A DNA stretch of 62,184 nucleotides, counting the filler, from Nemertoderma westbladi (Eukaryota; Animalia; Xenacoelomorpha): NCBI GenBank assembly GCA_032718475.1. It is 3 parts of 3 records of this genome, joined end to end, with 100 filler letters (N's around TTAATTAATTAA, not from the genome) between each part and the next. Parts side by side here need not be neighbours in the genome. Positions count along the whole stretch, not along the records: positions 1 to 23,219 come from JAUCBJ010003331.1; 2 more parts are not named here. One strand, given 5' to 3'. Below, piece by piece: positions 12,525 to 23,319 of the stretch (position 1 is its first letter; every line of letters starts with the position of its first letter). A program made the translations under genes and the position numbers. The notes beneath the pieces are model-generated. The model was not told where the DNA came from, did no database searches, and saw only the letters and a list, made by a program, of their open reading frames with translations.

Positions 12525-15338
12525 TCAAATAAGGTTATGTTTATGTTTAATCCCGGTGACCTTGGGGCTGGAGGTGGGAGACTCGATAGAAGAACGGGAC
12601 GGGGTGACCCGCGGGCTGACTGGGTTCGACTGGGGGGACCCGTCGTCCTCCAGTCTGTCCGTCATCCGAGACAGCTGATTGGATAGACTCCCGATCTCCT
12701 GGAGACCGCGCTGGGTTTCCGGGGAAACGGGAGGAACAAACCGGGACGAACCGCCATCTACCTCGGACAAGGACGCGAGATTCCCGGACACCTCCCCGGC
12801 CAACCATGGTGGGGGCTCGGACTTCGGACACACGTAGTCCGACTCGTCGAAGAGACTTCTACGCTTGGGACGTCCAAACTTCCGTTTAGGTTTGGCCTTT
12901 AGCGTCGGCGTGAGGACGACGTACCCCGGACTCCCCTCCGCACTCCGTTTCATCTTCATCGACGCAGCGCCAACCAACTGAACGAAGTGCGTCGACAGAT
13001 GGCGTCGCAGTAGCGACTTACCGGCGGGCATCGAGAGTAGCGAGGCGAGAGTCTCCACAGAGAACCTGGGTTCTAGAACCATCAAACCGCCGTGTACGCC
13101 GGAACCTCGGAGATTGGGAGCGTATTCGGCGAGATCGATGGAGCGGAGCCAGTCCATAACGCGGTGGTTGGACCAAAGGAGAACGGAGTCAGTGGGGGGA
13201 GCAGATCCGATGGTGAGGGGAGTGGTGGGGGGAGCGGTGGGGGGTGCGGGTCCGTTGGTAGGGGGAGCGGGTCCGTTGGTAGGGGGAGCGGGTCCGTTGG
13301 TAGGGGGAACGGGTCCGTTGGTGGGAGACCCAGTGGGGTGGGTTGCTCGGGTTGACCCGTCGAGGAGTGCCTCTACGGGTCGCCGCTGGATACACTCGGG
13401 GTGGTAGTGATGTAGACGCAGCACCTGTATCCCGCGACGGATGCTGAGCTGATGGATTAGTGGGACGACTTTGAGCCGATGGAGGTCGTCGGTTGCGAGA
13501 CAGTTGAGAACCCGCGCGTCAACCCTGGCCTCCAGGAATGCGTCTTTGTACTGGGGCAGCCCGATATCGTCCAACCAACCGACCACCCACCCGTGGTCCA
13601 ACCCGCTCTTCCTGTCCTGAATGTTGTCCATAGCAGCGCGGATCGCTAACACTAACTTTTTCTTGTGCAGATGGTTGCGCATCCCGAGCTCCCGCTCCAG
13701 GTCTGCCACCGTGGCCCGCTGCAGCTTCTCCCCCCGGTCCACCCACCGTCGACACTGACTCATGTAGTCCCCCAAGCCGACGTAGTGTATCCACGCGGCC
13801 ACTCGCTCTCGGTTCCATCTCGCGAACGGAACCGCCCCCTCCCCCCACTCCATCCGGCCTCCCGTTGTGTTCCGCAACACTCCCCCCCTATGGAACCGCC
13901 CCCCTAACTCCTCCCCTTCCGATTCCCCCTCATCTCGCAGGTGGTCGCTATTCGATCGCTTCAACTTGCTCAGGACCTTCATGAAGCCGCCCTCTTTCTT
14001 TTGCGAACCGGGGCGTTTGGGCACTGCCCCGAGCCGCGGGTCGCCCGCCCCGCTGATGGTGAAGTGGCCCGCCTGCGACTTGGGCCGATGGAAATTGGAG
14101 CCGGGTGGCTCGGGAGTCACTTCGTCTCGGTCCACCAGGTTGGGGACGCTGGAACTCCGGTTGTCCTGGCCGGAGACGATCGCCGAGTCCGTCGTGGTGG
14201 TGGTGATGGTAACCGCGGTGGCAGTCGCACCGGGGACCGCGGCTGCGGACCCCGGAGTCGGGAACGGAGAGATCCCGAGGCTGCGAGGTGACCCGGAACC
14301 ACGACTCCTGGGTGAGCCACGACTCCTGGGGCTACCCTCAACCTCCGGGTCCTTCCGCGGCGAACCGTCGTGGAACCCGAACGACGCATCGCGTTCAGCG
14401 CACCGCGGGGGCGGGTAGTCGTAGTGGAGGTCGTCGTCAGTGTACGGGGCCATCGACGCCAACGGGTAGCCGGTAGGGGGCGTCACCGACTCGGGACTGC
14501 TTGCATCCGCACCGTCGCTAGCGAAGCCGCCCATCAGTAACGGCGTCTGGCTCTTCACCGACTCGTAGAATCGTTTGTACTTCTGATGCGACTTGCGAAG
14601 TTCGCTCAGACGTTTCTCTTTGTCCGCGTTGCTGCTCAGCAGAGTTTCCACAGCATTGCGAAGTTTTGCGATATCAGAATCTTTGCTGCGGAGTTCCGCA
14701 GACAAATCGGCGATCTGGGCGTTCTGCGATTCGCTTATAAATGAGTCAGTCTGCGATTTATTAAGCAGATCTTGAAGATCACAAATCTCTGTCTGCTGCT
14801 CCATAACTTTAACGTTTAGTTTCTGTAAATGATTAATGGCGTCGTCCTTCCTACTAATATCGTATTTGTACTCGGCAATCAGCATTTCTAGTTTTTGGTT
14901 TCTCTGCAACTGCGACTGAAGTTCCCATTTGTTTGCCTCGAGTTCTCTTTTTAACTCGTTGTTGTTGCCCTGCGTCTCGGCCGGGTTCACGTCGACACCG
15001 CCGGTTAGCCACCGCCGTACGTAGTTGATCTTCTCCGGTGGAACGCAGACCAGCACGCTCCGGTGCGCCTCCGCTCCCTCGAGCGAACCCAACGCCTCGC
15101 AGAGTTCGTCCACCCCGCGGAGCACCCGCGAGTAAATGGACGCCGACTTTACCGGGTCGTCGCCATCCGACTCCACCTTTCCAGCTAGAATCCCGTCCAT
15201 CTGTTCCAACGCGACCGCCAGCATCTGACTGGCGTCCAAAGATTTCCGATCCCCCGTCTCGGGGTGCCAGTAGTTCTCTCCCAATGGCCTCTCGCCATTA
15301 TGCAAAGAATTCCCATTGGGAATGGGCTTATTCGACAT
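12525..15338 (-). CDS. PPFIBP: Liprin-beta-like protein (coiled coil plus three SAM domains), single coding exon, 937 aa
   Basis: N-terminal DASQMLAVALEQMDGILAG, coiled-coil region, and SAM motifs PFARWNRERVAAW...HKKKL, LDHGWVVGWLDDIGLPQYKDAF, LWSNHRVMDWLRSIDLAEYAPNLRGSGVHGGLMVLEPRF typical of liprin-beta. Confidence 0.9.
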   Translation of the reverse strand: MSNKPIPNGNSLHNGERPLGENYWHPETGDRKSLDASQMLAVALEQMDGILAGKVESDGDDPVKSASIYSRVLRGVDELCEALGSLEGAEAHRSVLVCVPPEKINYVRRWLTGGVDVNPAETQGNNNELKRELEANKWELQSQLQRNQKLEMLIAEYKYDISRKDDAINHLQKLNVKVMEQQTEICDLQDLLNKSQTDSFISESQNAQIADLSAELRSKDSDIAKLRNAVETLLSSNADKEKRLSELRKSHQKYKRFYESVKSQTPLLMGGFASDGADASSPESVTPPTGYPLASMAPYTDDDLHYDYPPPRCAERDASFGFHDGSPRKDPEVEGSPRSRGSPRSRGSGSPRSLGISPFPTPGSAAAVPGATATAVTITTTTTDSAIVSGQDNRSSSVPNLVDRDEVTPEPPGSNFHRPKSQAGHFTISGAGDPRLGAVPKRPGSQKKEGGFMKVLSKLKRSNSDHLRDEGESEGEELGGRFHRGGVLRNTTGGRMEWGEGAVPFARWNRERVAAWIHYVGLGDYMSQCRRWVDRGEKLQRATVADLERELGMRNHLHKKKLVLAIRAAMDNIQDRKSGLDHGWVVGWLDDIGLPQYKDAFLEARVDARVLNCLATDDLHRLKVVPLIHQLSIRRGIQVLRLHHYHPECIQRRPVEALLDGSTRATHPTGSPTNGPVPPTNGPAPPTNGPAPPTNGPAPPTAPPTTPLTIGSAPPTDSVLLWSNHRVMDWLRSIDLAEYAPNLRGSGVHGGLMVLEPRFSVETLASLLSMPAGKSLLRRHLSTHFVQLVGAASMKMKRSAEGSPGYVVLTPTLKAKPKRKFGRPKRRSLFDESDYVCPKSEPPPWLAGEVSGNLASLSEVDGGSSRFVPPVSPETQRGLQEIGSLSNQLSRMTDRLEDDGSPQSNPVSPRVTPSRSSIESPTSSPKVTGIKHKHNLI

Positions 15339-15829
15339 TTCAAAATAATTTAATCAGAATAACATCATCAATCTGTCAATCCAACTGTCCAAAATAAACC
15401 CTATCTGCTTTACTGCCTATGCAGAGCTATGTATTAGAGTGATTAAAAAAAACATTTTGAATTTGAACTGGTCTCATGTTAAAATCATTGTCTAACTATT
15501 CAAAATTATATTTAGTAAAAAAAAATTCATCACAAACCCATGGGAAATGCTCCCACGAGCATCTGCTTAACTTGTGCTTACCGATAGCGGTAAGCGCCAG
15601 TTGGCGCGATATAAATAATCGGCCACAAAACCAAACTTTTGGTTACTTATATATGGCATCTGGGAATTGTTACCCGTAGTTTAATTTGATTGTGAGTGAT
15701 TTTAGCTTAGGTTTGTTCATTAACATAATAGAACTGAGTAGTAATAAGAAGTACCGGTAACCGGGTCGGAAGTACCGGTCGGAACCAATCGTTATCCTAT
15801 CTTGGTTACAGGAAAAGGTTTGGAGGAAA

Positions 15830-16620
15830 GTTGGGCGAAAGATGAACTTGGGGTCTTTTATGGATATTGTCCTCAACGAACTCACTCTTCTACAGGGTCA
15901 TATCAAACTAATAAAAGCACAGTTTAGTGCAATCAAGGCATGCAAGGAGGCGAAGGCATCCAGAACCACTGACTCTGTGTTGTTACATATCGAGATCGAC
16001 TGGAGTGAAAACTTTAAAATCCCTCGACACGCTGAAATTCACAGCGCGTATTATACGCAGGAGTCGATTTCCATTCACCCTTTTGTCGTTTGGATTTTGG
16101 AAGGGCCCTATAGATGCACCGGCTATATCATACGCTTCTCTGTCTCCAGACCCCAATCGCAAGACTGCTGGTGTCTTGTCTATGCAAGCCTCTACCCATT
16201 CTAATCCAAGAAATGGGACAAAGAACTTTATCTTTATCTCAGATTCTCCCACATCGCAATATAGGCAATAGGAACAGATTCATCGTTTCCCTCATTGCAA
16301 TCATTTAGTTTCATCAATGGTGTTGGTATTCGTTTGATTTCCTTGGAGGATGGGAAGTCTTGCACGGATGGCATTGGTGGTTCAATAAAGCGCACTCTCC
16401 GCGAAGTCATTGGCATGAGGAGAGGGTAGATTCACAAACACCTGGTATTAATGAGGATTGTAGCTATGTTGCGATTTCGTAGTTGCACAACTATTTATAC
16501 CTACACGCTACACCACGGAGGATGTCAACAAGGCTGCTAACCTACTCAAGCCTGCACCAGATAAGATTGTAGGCATTGGTAAGGCGAAGGCCCACGAATT
16601 ACTTTTCAAAATGTAACAGT
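15830..16620 (+). pseudogene. Degenerate DNA transposase remnant (Sola-like DDD family)
   Basis: Frameshifted pieces IDWSENF...SAYY..ESISIHPFVVW, FISDSPTSQYR and GKSCTDGIGGSIKR follow the DFxENY / SDxxxxQY / GKxxxDGxGGxxK pattern; superfamily assignment is from memory. Confidence 0.6.
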
Positions 16621-18433
16621 TGAGTATATTCCGGAGATAATTCCTGATATCTTATCGCTATCCCCATCTAACTCTTATGGCATTGAGTCGGTATTCGAAG
16701 TGCTCTGCTCATCGATACCAGTAGGAGTGATAGTGAGGAGGGTTGTGAAGTGGATACGGGAGATAGTGGTGTAAAAAAGGGTGGGAGAGATGAGTTACAC
16801 TTACACATAGATGGTGAAAGTGAAAATTCTGAAGACTGTCGCCCGTTGCGTTCATATGTGTTCCGTGGCTTTAACTTTAATAACTAAAATAATAATATTA
16901 ATACTGATTTGTAAAAACTGATTTGTAGGTTGTAGTGAATGTCTAATACTGGTCTATATGTTGAGGTTCATGTCAGCATGTTCACCCTTCACATTCATGT
17001 AAAATATATGTTTAATATAATCTCTTTAATTCGAATCTCTTTGACTATTGAAAATATAATTATAGGCGGGGGATTATTATATATTTACCTAGAAGCTAGA
17101 AATATAGGCCTATGTATTACAACCCGGGCGCGGACATATCATTACAGGGCACGGACATAATCAGATAATGATCTATTTACCTAGAAATGTTAAGCATTAC
17201 AGGCCGGACAAATCATTACAGGGCGGACTCGTTTTAAATGCCAAATAAATTTTTTCAACGGCGCAAAAGTGTTTGGCCTTGATCCCCATGAAATTCCTGA
17301 CATCAAGAGCTTTCAGAAAATATATGGCTTTACTATATTCTGGAGAGTATTCCATTTGGAGGATTTCCAGAGTTCTGCAGTTGATTGACTACTTAAGGTA
17401 GATCTAACTTACAGTATGTAATGTAGAAGTTGAAGTTTTTTATTAACATCGTAGGTCTACATACATAGCAATAATATAAACAGCATATTAAAAACCGGTA
17501 TATGGAAATTGTACCGTATGTTTTAAAAATAATGCAACCAACAAAAATATTAATTTATAGTACAGTACAATATTAAGGATAGCCGGGTCCGACGAATTTG
17601 TACAAAAAAGTACAAAAAAATACAAAATAGTACAATATAGTACAAAAGAATACAAAAGAGTACAATAAAGTGCAAAAATAGTACAAAAGAGTGCAAAAAT
17701 AGTACAAAAGAGTACAAACGAGTGAGAAACGCTTGCAAAATGTGTATCCAAGTGTAGTTCAAATCGTTTAGAGGGGCGCACATGATGTGCAAAATAAAAC
17801 AAAGCATTGTCTGATTGTCAGATTGTGGGGCGCGCCATGCATTGCAGCATTGAGCGGGGGCTGATCTAGATGTCTAGCAGTCAGAGAGTAGGCCCCTATC
17901 TGCCTATTACAATACAATCTTATGAGTTTTAATGCAGCCTTTTGTGTTCAAAAAAACACAAAAAACGGTCCCAAGCCCGCAAAATTGCAGAGGGAGAACT
18001 CAATAAAGTTGAGATAGAGGTGTACGTACATACAGACTGACAGACATACATAGCCTACATAATCTGATAATGTAGCATACAGTCTATCCTTCAGTCCTTC
18101 AGTATATGGGTTACTTAAAGACTATGACCTAAATTTTGAGTCACAGATATAGGAGTTTTATCTACCCACTGCAATTGCATTATAATGTATTATACGAACT
18201 GTAGCCTATTTCTACTTGTAAGCCAGTCAAAATCTAATCATGCATGAATCAAAGTTCTGTCAATCATTTCGGGTCCTACTAAAAACCGCAATTTACCGCA
18301 ACTAACCGCAATTTACCGCAACTTACCGCAATTTACCGCAACTAACCGCAATTTACCGCAACTAATTGTCATTTTCAAGCTGCATCATGGTCTCGTGGTG
18401 ACAACCTTGCGCTTCCACGTAGGAGGCCCTGGT

Positions 18434-19000
18434 CCCGTATGCTAAGTGATTTTTTTGTGCGCCGAACGCGACGCGGCGCAGAAAAAAATGTGCGCCTGCG
18501 CAGTCGAAAACAGTGCAAAATCCGCGTGCGCAGCAGAAAAACTGCGCGAGATTGGCGCGCGCAGCAGAAATTCTGCGCGAGATTGGCGCGCACAGCAGAA
18601 ATACTGCGCGAAATCTCCTACCACGTACCTGCCTGCCTACTGCTGTACTGGCCTAAAGCACACCAAGCAGCCAAGTAGCAAGTAGGAGGCTTATTATTTC
18701 AGTATTTCTTACAGTCTTATCTGTATTGTCATTACCCTGTTACCGGTAGTCAGCAGACTGCCAGGGGTAGCGGGTAGGTCTACTTACCGGTACTGACTTA
18801 GTGCTGTAGTGCAAGTCTGAGCCGTGCTATCAATTTTCTGCGCCTGCGCCTGTCAGCCTGTCGCGCCGCGCTCTAAATTTTCTGCACCTGCGCGCTGCGC
18901 GGCGCTGCGCTGCGCTCTCAATTTTCTGCGCCTGCTCCAAATTATGGAAAAAATAGTGCGCCGAACGCGTTCGGCGTACATGCCCTACTTAGCAGAATGG
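18434..19000. mobile_element. hAT-like MITE inserted in the tRNA-like head
   Basis: 8-bp TSD GCCCTGGT (18426-18433 and 19001-19008); TIR CCCGTATGCTAAGT vs CCATTCTGCTAAGT (11/14); GCGC-rich subterminal repeats. Confidence 0.75.
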
Positions 19001-19133
19001 GCCCTGGTTCGATCCCTTGACCAGGCAACGCTGTTTTTGCAGTGTTTTAAAAACGACAAAATTTATAATTAATGCTGTAATATGATCAATATAAAACCAA
19101 GATATGTTAACATTCAGACATTAGACTGTTAGA

Positions 19134-19324
19134 GGGTCCTACGAATTAGGCCTACCCCAAAATAGGCAGATAGGACAACAATGTTTAGAAACAGTGAGGG
19201 AAAGGAGCAGGTTACAGTGGCAAGTTTTTCTAACCAAAACAATAAACGAGAGTGAAAAACAAGTATTTCGGGGTAGGGTAGGGCTGTAGGGGCCTATTCT
19301 GGTTTGGGGTAATTCGTAGGACCG
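19134..19324. mobile_element. Small foldback element (GGGTCC...GGACCG) carrying the shared core motif
   Basis: GGGTCCTACGAATTA..CCCCAAA at left, TTTGGGGTAATTCGTAGGACCG at right; core TGAGGGAAAGGAGCAGGTTACAG...CCAAAACAATAA; no TSD seen. Confidence 0.7.
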
Positions 19325-19859
19325 TTTTTAAAACACTGCACAAACAGAAAACAGTGCTGCACTGTCAAGGCAGCAAGGGATCGAACCGGGCACCAGGGCC
19401 TCCTAATTGGAAGCCCAGGAATTTCGCCACTGGACCATGCAGCTGCTTGAAAATAACAACTAGTTGCGGTAAATTGCGGTAAGTTGCGGTAAATTGCGGT
19501 TTTTAGTAGGACCGATCATTTCATACTGTCATACTGACCACAGAACCAAGGCCGCTAGTGATTGACACTGCAGCACTGCAGCGGCGCATATTTCGGTCCC
19601 GTTGCATTTGCTTACAATTAATTATATTTATATACGTAGTGTAGACTACACTACAGCACTACTACACTACAGCACTAGTATACACGTTTTGTATGTGTTT
19701 CTCACTCGTTTGTACTCTTTTGTACTATTTTTGCACTCTTTTGTACTATTTTTGCACTTTATTGTACTCTTTTCTGCTTTTGTAATATAGGCCTATTGTA
19801 CTATTTTGTACTTTTTCGTACAGATTCGTCGGACCGGGGATAGCCCCATGACTGCATGA

Positions 19860-21500
19860 GGGTCCTACTAATTACCCCAACCTACCACAAACTACCACAA
19901 TCTCTACCACAATCTACCACAATCTACCCCAATAATTCGATACAGGCATCTAATTAGCACAATAATATTTTACAATGGCATCTAATTCATAATTACCACA
20001 ATATACAGAACACGAGTGTCTAATTACCACAACACTATACTGCGTCTAATTACCACAATATACAGAATGCAAGTATCTATTTACCACAACACTATACTGC
20101 GTCTAATTACCACAATATACAGAACTCAAGTGTCTAATTACCACAATAGGGTACTATACAGCGTCTAATTACCACAATATACAGAACGCGAGTGTCTAAT
20201 TACCACAACACTATACTGCGTCTAATTACCACAATATACAGAATGCAAGTATCTATTTACCACAACACTATACTGCGTCTAATTACCACAATATACAGAA
20301 CTCAAGTGTCTAATTACCACAATACTATACAGCGTCTAATTACCACAATATACAGAACGCAAGTGTCTAATTACCACAATACTATACAGCGTCTAATTAC
20401 CACAATATACAGAACGCGAGTGTCTAATTACCACAACACTATACTGCATCTAATTACCACAATATACAGAACTCAAGTGTCTATTTACCATATGACTATA
20501 CTGCGTCTAATTACCACAAGACTATACTGCGTCTAATTACCACAATCTATTTACGAACAAGACTACACTGCATCTAATTACCACAATATTATTTTACAAT
20601 GGCATCTAATTACCACAATATACAGAACGCAAGTGTCTAATTACCACAAGACTATACTGCGTCTAATTACCACAACACTATACTGCGTCTAATTACCACA
20701 ATTTATTTACGAACAAGACTACACTGCATCTAATTACCACAATATTATTTTACAATGGCATCTAATTACCACAATATACAGAACGCAAGTGTCTAATTAC
20801 CACAAGACTATACTGCGTCTAATTACCACAACACTATACTGCGTCTAATTACCACAACACTATACTGCGTCTAATTACCACAACACTATACTGCGTCTAA
20901 TTACCACAATTTATTTACGAACAAGACTACACTGCATCTAATTACCACAATATTATTTTACAATGGCATCTAATTACCACAATATACAGAACGCAAGTGT
21001 CTAATTACCACAAGACTATACTGCGTCTAATTACCACAACACTATACTGCGTCTAATTACCACAACACAATACTGCGTCTAATTACCACAATCTATTTAC
21101 CACAAGACTACACTGCATCTAATTACCACAATATTATTTTACAATGGCATCTAATTACCACAATATACAGAACGCAAGTCTCTAATTACCACAACACTAT
21201 ACTGCGTCTAATTACCACAATATACAGAACGCAAGTGTCTATTTACCACAAGACCACACTGCATCTAATTACCACAATATACAGAATGCAAGAGTGTCTA
21301 ATTACCACAATATACAGTACGGTAGTTATTAATATTCAGTGTCTAATTACCACAATATACAGTACGGTAGTTATTAATATTCAGTGTCTAATTACCACAA
21401 TATACAGTACGGTAGTTATTAATATTCATTCAGTGTCTAATTACCGCAAGACTTCACTAACGTCTAATTACCACAATATACAGAACTCAAGTGTCTAATC
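19860..21500. repeat. Modular tandem array (constant TCTAATTACCACAA plus a few recurring linkers) starting at a GGGTCCTAC element end
   Basis: Begins GGGTCCTACTAATTACC; linkers TATACAGAACGCAAGTG, CACTATACTGCG, TATTATTTTACAATGGCA and TATACAGTACGGTAGTTATTAATATTCAGTG are reused in ordered blocks. Confidence 0.85.
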
Positions 21501-22182
21501 ACGGGTAGGATTAAAAACCCAAACGGACATGTACGGTACCCAAACGAAACCAAACGGTGGAATACGGAGTTATATCAACAGATGTTATAGTTGCCACAAC
21601 GGGGAAACAATTATACGATTATACGAAAAATAATTACAGTAATGCAGCTTTTTGTGTTTTACATTCATGAAGAACACAAAAAACGGTGCCAAGCCCGTAT
21701 ATATGCAGTGGCTCATCTATCAACCACGCTACTTTACACGTATATGATATACAATGGACATCATTATGTATAAAGTAGCGCTTTATTTATACGGGGGGGG
21801 GGGGGGGGGGGGGGCTGAAAGCAATTGGAGAATTTATATCTCGTTTCAATGGTAAAGCATCCAATTAAGGGAGAGGAGCTAGGAGGAGTTATCCTAACCA
21901 AAACAATAAACTAATGTCAATCGAACATGGTTAAGGTATTAGTTTTGGAAGTAATCAGTTGTTATTTCTGTAAATATCGTTTGTATCGAAAGACCCCCCT
22001 ATTTAAAGTACTGTATATTTAGTTATTGAAATAAAAAGTATTTATTGTTGGGTGTTGTAGTTAAAGTTGCCGCCTTCTGGAAACAATCGCCACAACAGAT
22101 GTTATAGTTACTGTGGTTAATTACTGTATAATATAATATTGCTTAATTAACCTTTTTTTTTACAATTTTTTTTTGGTACACA

Positions 22183-22562
22183 CTGACAGACCCACCGACA
22201 GTCTGACCAACCGACCGACCAACAGACTGACCGACAGACTGACCAATCGACCGACAGACTGAGCGACTGACTGAACAGCCAACCGACCAACCGACTGACT
22301 GACAGACTAACCAACTGACGTACCGATCCATCAACTGACCGACCTGACCAACAGACTGACCTACAGACTGAATGATAAATTTTCCAATCGACCGACGGAC
22401 TCACACACAAACTGACCAACCAACCAACCAACAAACTGACCGACAGATTGAATGACAGACTGACCAACCGACTGACAGACAGACTAACCAACTGACCTAC
22501 CGACCAATCAACCGACCGACAGACTGAACGACTGACTGACCAACTTACCCACCGACAGACCA
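22183..22562. repeat. Degenerate tetranucleotide microsatellite (CCGA/CTGA/CAGA/CCAA)
   Basis: Direct inspection. Confidence 0.85.
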
Positions 22563-23219
22563 CACCTACCTACACAACACCTACTACCAACCACAAACAA
22601 CAACAATCACACCCAATCAAACTAACTAATCACACACACCATCCCAAAAACCCCAACCAATCAAACAACACCCACCTCCACAAAAACAACTTCCAACCCA
22701 TTATAAACACCCCCACCAAACAATTAACCAAAAACACCCAATCTCACCCTACAAACCCAACCCCAAACAATACAAACCATATAACATACCTAAACATTAC
22801 CCTACACCTACCAACAACCAACCCCCTAAAACCTACACACCAATCATTTATTTCTCAAAACATCAACCTCTACCCCCAAAATCCTCTACCAACCACCCTA
22901 CCAACATAATCCCAAATACCATACTCTTAACCCCACCAAAATCACAACACTCATCCCACAACACCTCCACCACCCTCAATCAATCCCACCCACCAACAAC
23001 CCCACAAATCACCATACCCATACTCAACATAACACCCACACCAACACCCCCCCCCAATATCAACCATATATACACCCTACCCAATATCCCCCACACCCCT
23101 CTCCCCCCCATCCCCAATCCAATCCCAATCCAAACAAAACCCCCTCAATCAAACCATCTACCACATCTAATCACCCCATCAACACACACAAAACCACCAA
23201 TAATAACCACCCAACCACC

Positions 23220-23319
23220 NNNNNNNNNNNNNNNNNNNNNNNNNNNNNNNNNNNNNNNNNNNNTTAATTAATTAANNNNNNNNNNNNNNNNNNNNNNNNN
23301 NNNNNNNNNNNNNNNNNNN
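23220..23319. other. Assembly gap with artificial linker
   Basis: 100-nt N run containing TTAATTAATTAA (stops in all six frames) at 23264-23275. Confidence 0.97.

Larger units (their letters stand above)
18271..19514. mobile_element. Nested foldback element with tRNA-Gly-like heads in both arms
   Basis: Ends GGGTCCTACTAAAAACCGCAATTT / AAATTGCGGTTTTTAGTAGGACCG; perfect 8-bp TSD ATCATTTC; ACCGCAA repeats in the arms; SINE-A-like heads from 18382 (plus) and about 19443 (minus). Confidence 0.85.
17585..19836. mobile_element. Outer foldback/MULE-like non-autonomous element
   Basis: Ends GGGTCCGACGAAT... and ...ATTCGTCGGACCG; arms built of inverted GTACAAAA repeats; flanking 9-mers AGGATAGCC / GGGATAGCC (1 mismatch). 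Confidence 0.8.

Noticed and set aside
12525-15338. Horizontal transfer or bacterial contamination as the cause of the GC-rich island
   Set aside because: The product is an animal-type liprin and is contiguous with AT-rich host flanks
12547-15397. Overlapping and antisense ORFs within the liprin-beta gene
   Set aside because: Expected shadow ORFs of a GC-rich coding sequence, with no recognisable motifs
19860-21500. CRISPR-like repeat-spacer pattern
   Set aside because: The repeat is only about 14 nt, the spacers recur many times, no cas genes are present and the context is eukaryotic
22563-23219. C/A-rich sequence essentially lacking G, telomere-like at first sight
   Set aside because: Aperiodic and adjacent to a gap; most likely low-quality contig-end base calls
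23264-23275. TTAATTAATTAA palindrome inside N runs (also 51309-51320)
   Set aside because: Artificial contig-joining linker; adjacency across these gaps is therefore unproven
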